NCBI GenBank assembly: GCA_020137815.1
Contig: CM035360.1
Location: forward strand, 3,410,001 to 3,474,000
Length of the DNA stretch: 64,000 nucleotides
Direction of reading: 5' to 3'
Source of the DNA: Hormiphora californensis
Lineage: Eukaryota; Animalia; Ctenophora
A program made the position numbers and the translations under genes. The notes below the pieces were generated by a model. The model ran no database searches. It saw only the letters and a list, made by a program, of their open reading frames with translations, and was not told the origin of the DNA. Each line of letters starts with the position of its first letter. Position 1 is the first letter of the stretch. This document shows positions 43,943-64,000 of this stretch, one piece after another.

Positions 43943-46900
43943 TTACTTCTTCTTCTTCAACTCCTTCTCGAGTTTGTGTTTCTCCTTCTTGTACCTCACG
44001 TAATCCTTAGCTTCTTTGAGAGTGTAGCTCGGCCCTGGTGGTTTCTTCGTTTTCGTCACAATGACATCGCGGGCTTTAGCTGTCGCAGGTGATTTCCTTC
44101 CTCCGTTACTGGATGATGGTCCTGCCCTTACTGGTGATCCGTCGGTTTCCTCCTGAGTGCGACTGGAGTTGCTTCCTCCTAAAGTGTCGTACTGGAGTCT
44201 TTCTGGAACTTTCCTTTTTCTGGAACTTTTTCGTCTTGGTTCAACATCCACGTCCTCAACTGCAGAGGAATAGTCACTTTCTGAGGCATGTTCTTCTTCC
44301 GATTCTACTGCTATTGGTTCCAACGACTGTTCTGCATGTGCTTCCGATGTAGGTTCCAACTGCTCTACTGGCTGCTCTACTGGCTGCCCTGCTGGCTGCA
44401 CTGCTGGCTGCACAATTGGCGGTACAAATTGCTGTTCAACTGGGTTTTCTACCGGCTGCTCTACCAAATGCTGTTCCGACGGCTGCTCCGGTTCTGTTTC
44501 AGTTAATTGGTTGTGAAGTGCTACTGTCATTGTTTGCTCGAGATTTAGCTCGTGCTCTGGTTCTGACCCTAGGGAACGGATAGTTATCGTCATCTGACGA
44601 CGTGCTGTCAGATTCAACTGGCCTATTACTCGGCCTGTCTGTTCCTGTTGTAGGGGAGCTACTGTTTGGCAATTTATCCGGGATTGCTCTAGAATGCTCA
44701 TTCTGCTTGTATAGCTTCATTTTAGAAATGTTCACAACTTTTTTCACACTCTCTATGTTAACGACATAGTTCCAGTTTGAGAGTTTCTCTGTTATTTCGA
44801 AAGGACCTCTGAACCTCGGTTGCCATTTATGCTTTGCTGGCTGAATCAATAACAAACAAAACTGGCCAACTTCAAAAAATGGACCTTTTATTTGTTTATC
44901 ATAGCTAGCTTTCATGTATTTTGCTTTTCTTTCAGCTGCTTCGACCACTTGTCTAGTGATGCTCTGCATGTTCATGTAATTCTCATATGCAGTCTGCTTT
45001 TGGGCACTATTTTCATCACTGTTGGATTGAATTAGAGAATTCAACCTACTGTTATCTGCCACAAATAAATCTCTAGGTGCGACTAGATCTCTGCCATAAA
45101 CAACAAAGTTTGCTGAAACGCCTGTTTTAGTTGACTTCAGACTGTTCAGGGTAAAGACAATGTATCCTATCCATCTGTCAAAGTTTCGCTGTTGAGAACT
45201 GTTGAGAGAAGTGCGAATACACGTGTTTATTTTCTTGTTGAATGCTTCACATCTGCCATTTGTTTGGCAATGCCATGCGACACCGTGCTTATCTTCAATA
45301 TCGAACATCTGCATGGTTGCTGTGAATAATTTGCTGGTGAATGCTGAACCTAAATCGTGCATGATTCTTCTAGGTGTACCAAAGCGTAGTATCCAATTGT
45401 TAATAATTACTTTAATTGCTTCTTCTGCTCCAGTAGATTTGACAGGAACGCAAACTAAATAGTTGCTGAACATGTCAACCATAGTAAGAAGTGCTGTAAA
45501 ACCTCTGCTGTTCGGGGTTTTGGAATACTCCAAGTAATCAATAGCCAAACACTGACCGAACTCTGTATAAACGATCGGTTTTAATGGGGCACGTTTGAAA
45601 CTGTGGGGCTGCTTACTTTTTGCACAAGACACACATGCTTCACAATAAAGCTTAAAATGTTTTCTCTGTTTGTAGAAATAAAACTGCTTTTGGCAACTGT
45701 TTAGCGAAATTTCTGCTGATGGGTGCCCATTGTTGTCATGGAAACTGTAAAGTGCTCTCTCCACAAGTGTTTTGGGTAACACTGCGAGCCTTCTGTCATT
45801 TTCTCTGTTATCTGGATCAATCCAGATCTTGTAAAGGATACCATCCTCTACAAACAAGCTGTTTAGATTCTGCCAATAATGAACTAACTCACTGGAGTGC
45901 TTCCTGCTGGACATTGAATCCGGATGTTGACCACTTTCAATCCAGTTAATGACTGTGATCAAAGTCCTATCATGTTGGTATTCATCAGCTATCTCTTTCA
46001 GGTTGATAGCTTTTTTGAGATCCTGTTGACTTGTTCTGAGCACATGGCTGATTCTGCTAATTGTGCTATCGGTGCTGTTATCTGTTTGTGTCTTCACACT
46101 TTTTGTCTTCTTTTCCATTTGAATATCAGCTGACTCGCCTGAAGTATGCTTCACAGTGAATCTGTACTGTTCTAGCTCTGCTAACTTTCTATGAATAAAG
46201 CTGCCCTCGTTCTTGAAAATAGTTTTCAATGAAAGAAGAGCCTTGCAGTCTGTTAGTACTGTAAAGTTACGGGCGCCTGCTAAATAAACGCGGTAGTGCT
46301 TCAAGGCATGACACAAGCCTAAAAACTCTAACCTAGTTGCTCCCATCTTCTGCTGGTGTGCGGGAACTGCTTTGGACCAAAATGAAATAGTTCTGCGAGT
46401 ACCACCTATCTGTTGAGTGAGAGTTGCACCGTGTCCGATCTTGCTAGAGTCAATAGTTAACTCGTAAGAATCGTGCGGATCGTCATACTGCGGGATTGCA
46501 AGGACGGGTGCTGAGCAAAGTTTCTCTTTTAGTTGCTCAAATGCTGTTTGGGCACGACTGTCCCATTCAAACTTTTTTCCCTTTCGGAGCAAGCTGTAAA
46601 GCGGACCTGCTATTCTGCTGAAGTGCTTGATGTAGTTCCTGTTGTAGTTAAGAGATCCTAGGAACTTCTGTAACTGTTTCACTGTTTTTGGAGGTTCTAG
46701 CTGCGAAATTGCATCTGCTCGAGTAGGGTCAACTTTAATTCCCTCTCTGCTGATAAGGTGGCCAAGAAATTTGACCTGTTTTCGAAACAATTGTGTTTTT
46801 GTTGGGCTGACTTTGATGTTTGCCCAAGATAATCTTTCCAATACGAATTGCAACTTCTCAATATGATCTTCCTCACTGTTACTGCCGACTAGGATGTCGT

Positions 46901-48401
46901 CAAGGAAACAGATCAATGCTTGGAAAGGAACTTTCGAAAATAACATGCTCATGCATCTTGCAAACTGTGAAGAGCTACTTGTTTGACCCATAACGAGTCT
47001 AGCCCACTGATGCCTAGTATTGTTGTAGGTGAAAGCTGTTAGAGGTCTGCTTTCCTCATCCAACCGGATCTGGTTAAACCCTTTTGTGAAATCCATGGAC
47101 GTTAACCAATTACACTCTGTCATATTGTCCATTATGCTATTAACGTTAGGAAGAGCAAACTGATCTGGAAGGCAATTTGCATTTAGCTGCCGAAGATCTT
47201 GTATAAGCCTGTAACTATCATTTGTACCTGGCTTTTTAACGAGAAAGATAGGACTGTTCCACAAGCTGGGAGTGCTGCATTTTTCAATTTGACCTGAATC
47301 GATTAGTGTCTGTACCTCTTTTTCCATGTGTTTCTGCAAGTTGTATGGGACTGGTCTTGAAGGGATCCACCTAGCCACGTAGTTATCTTTCAGCTGGATG
47401 TTGGCCTTGTAGAACGATGCCTCACCTAAATCAAATTTATGCCTGGAAAAACAATGGTTATACTGTTTTATAAGCTGTTTTAATCTCAGTTTACTGTGTT
47501 CTGAAATTTGTAACTGCTCAATTTGCAACTGTTCATAAAGCTGTTCTACATTCTGCCATTGGCCTTCTGTAGTTGTCTCTTCTTCCGATTTAGCATCTGG
47601 AAGACGAGGGATATCAATCGAACTGTCATACTTCCCGTGAAGATTTGCTTTAGATCGATCTCTATAAGACTGATCAACTGGAAACATGTTTGCTACAATT
47701 CTGTTTTTGTGCAATGTGATATCGCATGGGAGCGGGTTGACACATCTAACTGCTACGAAATTCTTGTCACTGTGAACAAGAGAATTTTCAACACAAATAC
47801 CAAGAGAACCTGGCATTTTTCTGTTACCGATAACCATTCCTTCTAGGGTACCACCATTGCTTGGTCTCACTAACCTGCATTTGATGTGCATTACTGAATT
47901 TGCTGGTAAGCACGCTGTTTTGCAGACTTTGACTTTGCAACTGCTAGTTAGTGTACGGGGTGTGTCATAAAAACTTGTTTTTCCATACTTTGTTCGTATT
48001 TGCTTTCTTGGCATGTCTATCGTTAGACTCAGTTTCTCAAGTAGTTCTGTTCCTGCTAGTACATCATCAGGCAAATCATCCATGACAATGAATGTGTGTG
48101 TTACTTCTGTTTTTGCAACTGTTATAGGGAATGTTACTTCTCCCCTTGTTCTCACTTCGTTGTTGCCAAGGCCTTTAATAACCCTTGTTGCTGGTGTAAT
48201 TCTATCCAATAAATTCAACTGTTCTGTGGTACGTGTGCTTATCAAGCTAGCACTAGCTCCTGTGTCGATTAAAATGTTAAGTGGGATATCAAAAACTGTT
48301 CCACGTACTATCACACTGGGACCAATCATGCTTCTTTCGGGTTGTATTGTTGCAACTGTTGCTTTTCCTGTTTTCGTTGCACAACCCCTGTCTAGTTTAA
48401 A
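43943..48401 (-). CDS. pol: Gypsy pol polyprotein (PR, RT, RNase H, integrase, C-terminal tail)
   Basis: LIDTGAS, FLDD, HDNNGH..CEAC, integrase catalytic core. ORF 44499..48329 is open back to the slippery site. The tail with RKSSRKRKVPERL lies in another frame (43943..44701), probably after an indel near 44505. Confidence 0.93.
48339..48401 (-). promoter_or_regulatory. -1 programmed ribosomal frameshift signal
   Basis: U UUA AAC immediately before the gag stop, 7-nt spacer, then stem GGGUUGU..ACAACCC with inner GCAAC/GUUGC; pol is in the -1 frame. Confidence 0.85.
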
Positions 48402-49369
48402 TTAAATCTGCATTCTGATCGGTAATGCCCTTTTTGCTCACATTTCCAACACACAATTTCTTGTTTCCAGTCTTTTCTGCTATCTCGCCTGCCTCTGGAA
48501 TTGCTTCTGTTGCCTCGGTGCCTGTTTCTACTGCTGTGATATCTGTCTCTGCTGTATGATCTTTGTCTGTTTCTGTACGGCGTGGGTGATCGTCCCCTGT
48601 AACTGTTGTTCCGATCTCCTGAAGACTCTCTGCTATAATTGCTGCGACTTTTTTCAAACTTGATGTTTGGTTCGGCACTGTTTTTGAGAATTGAGCTGGG
48701 CTCTTTCTCAAACATGTTCGATACACTTTCTAACCTTTTTGCTAATCTCACTGCTTCTCTGTAGGTTGCGATTGTTGCCTCATTCAGTTTCTGTCGCATA
48801 GTGCTGTCAGAAATACCCCTTAATAATGCTAGGAGGCACGCTTCTTCAGCCTGTTCTGGCGCACTGTACGCCATGCTGCTTGCTTCTTGTAGTCTGTTAC
48901 AAAAATCGGTAATTGTTTCCCCTGCGTTTTGCTTCATGTTCAGGAGGCTGTTCTTGAAAGAGATGGACTCTTCTCCATACATAGCTGTTATGAAGTGTTT
49001 GCAAAGCTGATTCGCGTCTCGCTTTTGTGCAATTGTGAGTGTCGCTGCTGCTGTTTTTAAGGTGTTGTATGTTGCACTGTCAACATTCTGCAAAAACAAG
49101 AGATTCAGGTTCTGTTTTAGTCCTGTCATCTCCACGTAAGATTTAAATCTGTCACAATAATTGACGAATGTATCCCCTTTGTTCATTTTTGGGGGTTTTG
49201 TTATGAAAGAGAGATTGCTGAGTCTGCTAGAGGTTGCTTCAACTTCATCTGCCTCTTCCTTGATTTGAATATCTGCTTCCAAATCTGCCAGCTGTCTTTT
49301 TAGAGATTCCAACTCCTCTTGCGTACTGCTGAGTTGCTGTTTCAAAGTTGCTTCTTCTTCTGGGTTCAT
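48392..49369 (-). CDS. gag: Gypsy gag with CCHC zinc knuckle
   Basis: 325 aa; N-terminal coiled coil, RS-rich segment, CWKCEQKGHYRSEC. Confidence 0.93.
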   Translation of the reverse strand: MNPEEEATLKQQLSSTQEELESLKRQLADLEADIQIKEEADEVEATSSRLSNLSFITKPPKMNKGDTFVNYCDRFKSYVEMTGLKQNLNLLFLQNVDSATYNTLKTAAATLTIAQKRDANQLCKHFITAMYGEESISFKNSLLNMKQNAGETITDFCNRLQEASSMAYSAPEQAEEACLLALLRGISDSTMRQKLNEATIATYREAVRLAKRLESVSNMFEKEPSSILKNSAEPNIKFEKSRSNYSRESSGDRNNSYRGRSPTPYRNRQRSYSRDRYHSSRNRHRGNRSNSRGRRDSRKDWKQEIVCWKCEQKGHYRSECRFNLN

Positions 49370-49387
49370 TTTTTCTCAGGCTCCACT

Positions 49388-49954
49388 TGTTAAGATGAGT
49401 CTGTTCAAGATGCTGTGAGCAGGGGGATGCAATGTAGCTGGGTACTGAGTGCCGTTCGCTAGTACAATCCGCAAACCGACCAACGATGCCGGGGGGTCAA
49501 AGAGATACAGCGATATAAAAGGGGGCAATAAAATGAAATGCTAAATACAAAGTAAAAATAGAAACTACGTTCAAGTGTCTCAAACTACAGAGTCTCTCTG
49601 ATGCACAGTTGGGTATCGGTGCAGCGTCCCCGAGAATGATTCGTCACATCCTTTTATAATCCATCCATCGTCTCTGCAGAACTCCGTGACCTTCGTGTCT
49701 CCAATCTCGTGACCAACGGGGAGTAGTTTTAACATCGTCGTATCGCTGGTGCTAACTCCGATAAGCGGTTGTTCTGTCATTATGATGTCAACTCTGCTAA
49801 GAGCATACTGCTTACTGAGCGCGACCTTTATGCTGAGATAAGAAACTTTTAACTATGGCTACTGTGTAGTGCTGGGAATGAAACCTGCTTTACATGAGAG
49901 CCTGTTTAGGATAAAACCTGTTTGTCTGTTCGAATGACAAACCATGTTACAACA
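49388..49954 (-). repeat. 5' LTR
   Basis: Adjacent to the PBS and gag ATG; TATA-like ATTATAAAAG on the minus strand at ~49651-49660. Confidence 0.93.
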
Positions 49955-51952
49955 TTGATATTGGAAAGTTATTGGATGCAGGGCAAGTTATCACCTGCAG
50001 GTTACATAACGTTCCCTCGAATAAGGCACGGTCGGGCTTTAAAATAAAATAGGTGGTAGGTGAGCCCAAAAGTATCCCTCATTTGACCCTCAAGCCTGAT
50101 ATTTATTGAAATTCAAATTTATTTTTGTTTTAGTCGTCTGGAGGTCTTCATGCACATGTACGTTCCATGGATGGCGGATGCATCTAATTTAGGTAAGTAG
50201 CCAGTAGCGATAGATTAAAATCTCTTCGAAAGCTCCTCACTTTTAATTTTAAAAAAAAAACCAGGGTCCTTATTTTCTGTTTTTTGTAACGTTCCTTGTC
50301 CCTCTAATTGCCCAAAAGGTGCCCCCCAACTGAGAAAAGGGACTCGAAACCCAAAAAGGTGATTTGTTAATTACAACGGGGAAATTGCGTCAAGTTTAAC
50401 AGTGCCCCTCCGCCAAAGGAAAAAGAAGAGACCGAAAGGAAAAAGAAGTGAAGGGAAAAAATTTGTAATGAGTTGGACTATCAACTCCCACAATCTTGCC
50501 AGAGATTATTTTTTCTCTACTATACGCCCTGGTTTTTCCCCAAAACCGTTTTCCCCAAAGGTTCACGTAGGGTGAGGAAAACGAGAGAAGAGTTTATGCC
50601 AGGAAGAAAGAATAAGAGAAAGAAAGGGAACAAAAGATGAAAAAAAAGTGGACAGTGTTAATAAAAAACAAAAGTGAAAAAAATTTTTTAATAAATTCCC
50701 CCCGGTTTTCTTGAACACTTTACACACACACAAGGGGGAAAAAAACAAGGGTTAGACAATGTATGTATTCTTTCCGGGAAACTTGAAAATTAAATTTTAA
50801 AAAAGAAAAAAAAAAAAAAATGATCGTTTCATGTCCCTAAAAAGATTTTAAAAATTGGTTGTTTCCCCCGCATAGGGTTTTTACAAAAACACTTACGAAA
50901 TCATGGCCCAAAAAGTGGAACCAATTAATCAAAGTTTCTTTGCGCTTTTCCTTCTTGGCATCAAAAAAAAGAGGGTTTTTATTGTTGCCAAAAACTTCCA
51001 ATCATAAATCCAAAGAAAATGAAATGCAGACGGATAAAACCAAACCCCCAAAATTTCCTCTTCTTCATCAATCACAACCCTCTTTCTTTTTCTCTTAATC
51101 TCTCTCTCTATCTCTCTCCTCTCTCCTCCCTGTTATAACTGTTAAAACACTAGACGTATACTGATTTTCTCTTCCACAAACGCAGTTCATATCTCTCTCC
51201 CTGCTTCACATATATCATATTTAAAAAACTCGAAAATGTCTTTTTCCAGCCGAGAATCGTATAATATTCTCAAAACGAGAGAAATGTGTTTCTCACAAAT
51301 ACAATATTATTTACAATAAATAACTTTGCGCACATAATGTCCTGGTGAGCTGCTTGTAGCACGCACTGCAGAAGAAAAAATTTCTCGGGGGTGGGTTTTC
51401 ACAAAAATGGGGCGTAGTAGGTTCAGAAAACCCCCAAATTTTGGGGGGTCTTTCCTGCTTTAAAAAAACCCCTCTTTTTGGGGGGTTTTTGGGTCGGGGT
51501 CTCTTTTCCAGAAAAAAAGAAACAATGCCCCCGGGTTAGGAAGAGAAAAAAATTTGAGTTGGGAGATGACCAGGGGTTTGAGGGGGGAAAGGGGGGGAAT
51601 CCCCCTTTTTTCAACTACAGACTGTAACGGGCCCCGGTTTTTTGGGAGGGCATCTTTTTTTGGGGAAAAATAGTTTTTTGTGGGGGGGGAAAAAAAAAAG
51701 TAATCCCAATGTCTTCCCAACGAAGAGGGGGCTGATAGTCGCAGGTGCACGTTTGTACGGGTGTGCGTGCGAGTCTGTGCTGCAAAGACCTGTCAGCAGT
51801 TAGTTTTCTTCTTTCAAGAAAAGGGAGAGAAAGAAATAGGAGGGAAGGGGGGGAAAAAAAAAAGGGGGAAGGGGAAAAAAAGGGGGAAAAGAAAGGGGGA
51901 AGAAGAAGGGGGGGAGAGGAAAAAGAGAGGGGAGGGGGGAGAGGGGAGAGGG

Positions 51953-51990
<38 letters not shown>

Positions 51991-52225
51991 TTTCGTAATG
52001 CTGAATGAAGGAGAGAACCCTGACAAAGGATTTACTATGAAAGCATTGTCCACTTGAACAGTTGTATGACTTGTACGAGAGTGTTGTTGGGGGAAATTGA
52101 AAATAGAAATGAGAGTTTAAACAAACACACGCAATGACAAATTCAGGGGAGTTATGACAAATCAAGGGGAGAGCAAGAGGCAAGAGCTGAGAGGTGGTTG
52201 ACAAATTTCAATTCAAGAAACTCAC

Positions 52226-60578
<8,353 letters not shown>

Positions 60579-61050
60579 TGCTGAAGTTGGGGAAGATTTT
60601 ATTTTACAGAAATCAGAACTAAACTCTAAATTATTAATTAGCAGCAAAATCTTTGATTTTTGAACAAGTTGAAAGGAGGGTATTTTGTCAAGTAATGGGC
60701 TGAGGAAAGTCGAAAGATACGGCAAGTAACGAGTGATAATCTCGCGTCAAATCTTGAAACTGATAAACGAATGATAACGCATGACAGGGATGCTGTCTCT
60801 CGGATTCATGGTTGCAAATGCGATCCCTGGAAGATAATTGATGACTGCAAATTGTGTTAGCGAAATAAGACCTAAATTTTACATTCACTATCATTCGAGA
60901 TGATACACGAAACCAATCATGGATCAGCGAACGTTACGTTAGCTGACCTAACGTCGGTGCCCGGTGGTCGTCAGTCGGCTTGACTGATGAATGGGGCATC
61001 GTTTGATATCAAACTAAAAATAATAAGGTCAAAAAAATTCCTCAAGATAT

Positions 61051-64000
61051 AATAATAATAATAATAATATTCCGCGCTTATATACCGCCCATACCCGACG
61101 GAAACATGTCAAAATATTGACGATGTTCCGCCGAATCATCAGAGCGGTATATCCTCAACTAATTATATGACACACTCGAACAGCTCTGGTTGAAAACAAT
61201 ATATAGAAGACTAAATAAACTTGACTTATAAAACTGAGGGAATAACTGGTCCCATAATCCTGTAGCTATAAATTAAAACACACTTTACTCACACCTGCTC
61301 GAAAAAAGGATACTAGGTAACGAATTAATAACATGGCCAGAGAGAGGATGACACTGATTGCCCGCAGGCCCCACAACTACAACAAACATTACAACTCAGC
61401 CATGGGTTCCCCATCACCCACTCCAAATGCACCAACGAAGAGATGTGTTTTCAGCCGGTTTTTGAAAGTATCCACGTTGGGGATTGACCTGAGCTCAAGG
61501 GGAAGCTCATTCCAGACAGAGGGGAGGAACACTGATAACCTCCTACGTCTCAACTTAGAGTTGGCATTGATACTGGTCATCTTTGGATGTTTTAACCTAT
61601 AAGGATCAGGAACACAAGTCATCCTCGTTGTCCTAGAGGTTCCCCAAGTCTCATCACGTGGCACCAAATCTTGGAGATAACACGGGGCTGTTCCATTGAC
61701 TATTTTATAGGCAATCAAACATGCTTTGAAGTCCAGCCTATAGGAGATCGGTAAAATATGACACTGCCTGAAATACTCTGTGTAGTTGTCCTGGTGTCCG
61801 TGGATGTTGTATATAAAGCGTACACAGGCATTGAGAAGCTTCTGGAGCCCACTGAGAACCCGACCAGGAAGTCCACAATACAGTATATTACTGTAATCTA
61901 TCCTCGATAAAATCAACTGTTTGACCAACATTATCTTAGTTGGGATATCAAAACACCTGTGCAGTTGCCAAAGGTTTCGTAACATCAGCCCACACTGTTT
62001 CCTCACATTGTTAACCTGACGTTCAAGGCCAAGATTGTGATCCAAAAGAATTCCTAGGGTTTTACCATCTGTTCCACTACATTCACTAGGAGAGATTTCC
62101 GTTCCTCCAAAGTTGATAACTGGATCAAAAGAGACTTTGCTTAGAGAACTGCGCTTTCCAAGCAGGATGAATTCCGTTTTTGCCTCATTACACTTCAACC
62201 ACTGCCCCACCATCCACTTCTTCACTTTCGCTAGACACTCCTCAATATCCACCTTTGCCTCAGACCAGCCAGCAGCATCCGTAGGAACCAGACTCACGTA
62301 GAGCTGGGAATCATCTGCATATAACTTAATCCGGAGTCCATATGGCTCCACAATATCTTGTACAGCCTCAATGTAGAGTAGGAACAAAATAGGACCAAGG
62401 AGGGACCCTTGAGGGACTCCACAAAGTAAGGCAAGGGTTTCCGAAAGACAATCACCAACCGAAACTCTAAAAGATCTGGAACTCAAATAGCTTTTAAACC
62501 ATCGGAGAGGTTCACCATCCACTCCAAACCGTTTCCGCAACACCTCCAACAGCTTTCCATGGTCAACCGTATCAAAAGCAGCGCTCATGTCTAGACAGAT
62601 AAGAGCTACTACGTTTCCTTTATCCATTTCCCCTAGAATATCATCGAACATGCTTGCCAATAGCGTTTCACAACTATGACCAACACGATAACCAGACTGA
62701 TGTTTGCCCAAAAGAGAGTTGCGATCCAGGTAATCATTCAGCTGCGTGAGAACAACCTTCTCAAGAAGCTTAGAAAGAAATGGGATGTTCGAAACAGGAC
62801 GATAGTTGCTGAGAGCTTCTCGATCTCCATACATATTCTTGATGGTAGGAAAAACAAGCGCCTCCTGGAGAGATTCTGCGACCGAAGACTGATGTAGAGA
62901 CTGATTGACTATTGATGTTAATCCAGGGGCCAGATCACCTATACAGTCCTTTACCACCCAAGTGGGTAACGGATCAAGGTCACAATGCTTGCTGGACATA
63001 GACTTCACCAATGAAACAAGTTCCTCCTCAGATATCTCTTTGAATTCCTTCCATGTTGTATGACAGGTTTTTCCAGATTCCACAAAATCGCCAGCTTGCT
63101 GCTGCTCCTCATTGACTTGGGTTCGAATTTTGGCCACCTTTGAACTAAAGAACTTTGAAAAGTCATCCGCCAAGTTCTTGTTGTTGGTAGTCTCAGGAAG
63201 AATCGTTTCCGCTTTTCCCAGGAGTTTCTGTAACTTTCTTTGTAGCTTCTTCGGGTCCCCTTTTGCTGCATCTAGGTCCTCTTTGACAAAAGCTGATCTC
63301 TTTTCCTTGTCCATGTTCCCATAAAGCTTCTTCAGATCATTAAATCTCCGTTTCGCCTCCTCAGTTCCATGCTTCCTCCAGTACCGTTCCGCACTCCTCC
63401 TCTCACGTAGTATTCCTCTTAGTTCCTCATCCCTCCACGGTTTAAACTTTTTCCCTGTCCTCACTCGTTTCCTCGGTACCCGCCTTTCCACTATACTCTC
63501 CAGCCAACGATAGAAGTTCACAATACTCTCCTCTGGATCCCGGCCTAGTTCAAATTCCGCTTTCTGGAGGTCCTCTTTGAATCCTTCCATGTCCATTGAC
63601 TTGTAGTCCATGTATTCTCGAAACATTGATTTCCGCATACAAGAGTTTGACAGGTCCTGTCTCACTTGAAGCCCAAACTGCACCAGAAAGTGATCCGAGG
63701 TAGTACCATTAGGACATATTGTTATGTCTCCTAGGTTAGTTTCCTTTGTGGTTATTACCAGGTCCAAGGTTCCACCAAGTTGGTGAGTAGGTAACAGTGG
63801 TACTCTTTGCTGAAGGTCAAATGAATCCAGAAGCTCCAATAGTTTCCTCGAGTAGAAGTTGTTCTTATCTTGCACCTGGAAGTTAAGATCCCCAGCTATA
63901 ATTGGAGTGCCTTGTTTCATAGCTAGTTCAGAAAGATAGTCCCCAAACTCAGATAGAAATGTTGCCTCTGTGAGTCTTGACTTCGTTGTGTATGGTGGAC
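61051..64000 (-). mobile_element. L2-clade LINE: uninterrupted ORF2 (endonuclease C-terminal part plus RT), 3' UTR and (ATT)n tail; continues beyond window
   Basis: ORF 61389..63920: IIAGDLN, TLDL, SDH, NYRPVS, GVPQGS, YADD, SRIDYSN, HILP..RLDFK, APCYL. The 3' end reads GCGGTATATAAGCGCGGAAT(ATT)n on the minus strand. Confidence 0.94.

Larger units (their letters stand above)
42937..49954 (-). mobile_element. Ty3/Gypsy LTR retrotransposon, near full length
   Basis: Direct LTRs ~42937-43493 and 49388-49954; the right LTR has TGTT...AACA ends. Putative PBS TGGAGCC at 49385-49379; PPT AAAAGAGAAGGA at ~43507-43496; domain order gag-PR-RT-RH-IN. Confidence 0.96.

Noticed and set aside
43943-44701. 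Third ORF as env
   Set aside because: No signal peptide, TM segment or cleavage/fusion pattern; resembles a disordered integrase C-terminal tail.

Overview
Eukaryotic (animal) genomic DNA, not prokaryotic: spliced GT-AG genes, abundant (GA/CT)n microsatellites, MITEs and retrotransposons. A ctenophore origin is my guess from the GPCR and MITE style; the sequence does not prove it. Main content: (1) a multi-exon + strand GAF-GAF-PDEase gene (PDE10-like, at least 667-18022). Its introns host a complete antisense 5-exon rhodopsin-class GPCR, an antisense orphan ORF with PPxY motifs and a Cys/His cluster, nested MITEs and a 5'-truncated CR1-type LINE. (2) An error-rich stretch (~21.8-34 kb, with a 100-N gap) containing a probable Penelope-like remnant. 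(3) The 5' part of an ABCA-like transporter gene, preceded ~450 bp upstream on the same strand by an intronless DUF1295 (steroid 5-alpha-reductase-like) gene. (4) A young Ty3/Gypsy LTR retrotransposon with near-identical LTRs and a canonical -1 frameshift signal. (5) An FKBP11-like PPIase gene. (6) An L2-clade LINE with an open ORF2 running off the window. The most interesting inferences are unpaired splice acceptors just upstream of five start codons (possible SL trans-splicing or an operon), complementary CT/GA tracts bracketing several introns, and the nested antisense genes. None is a confirmed new system. Many frameshifts are probably assembly errors.
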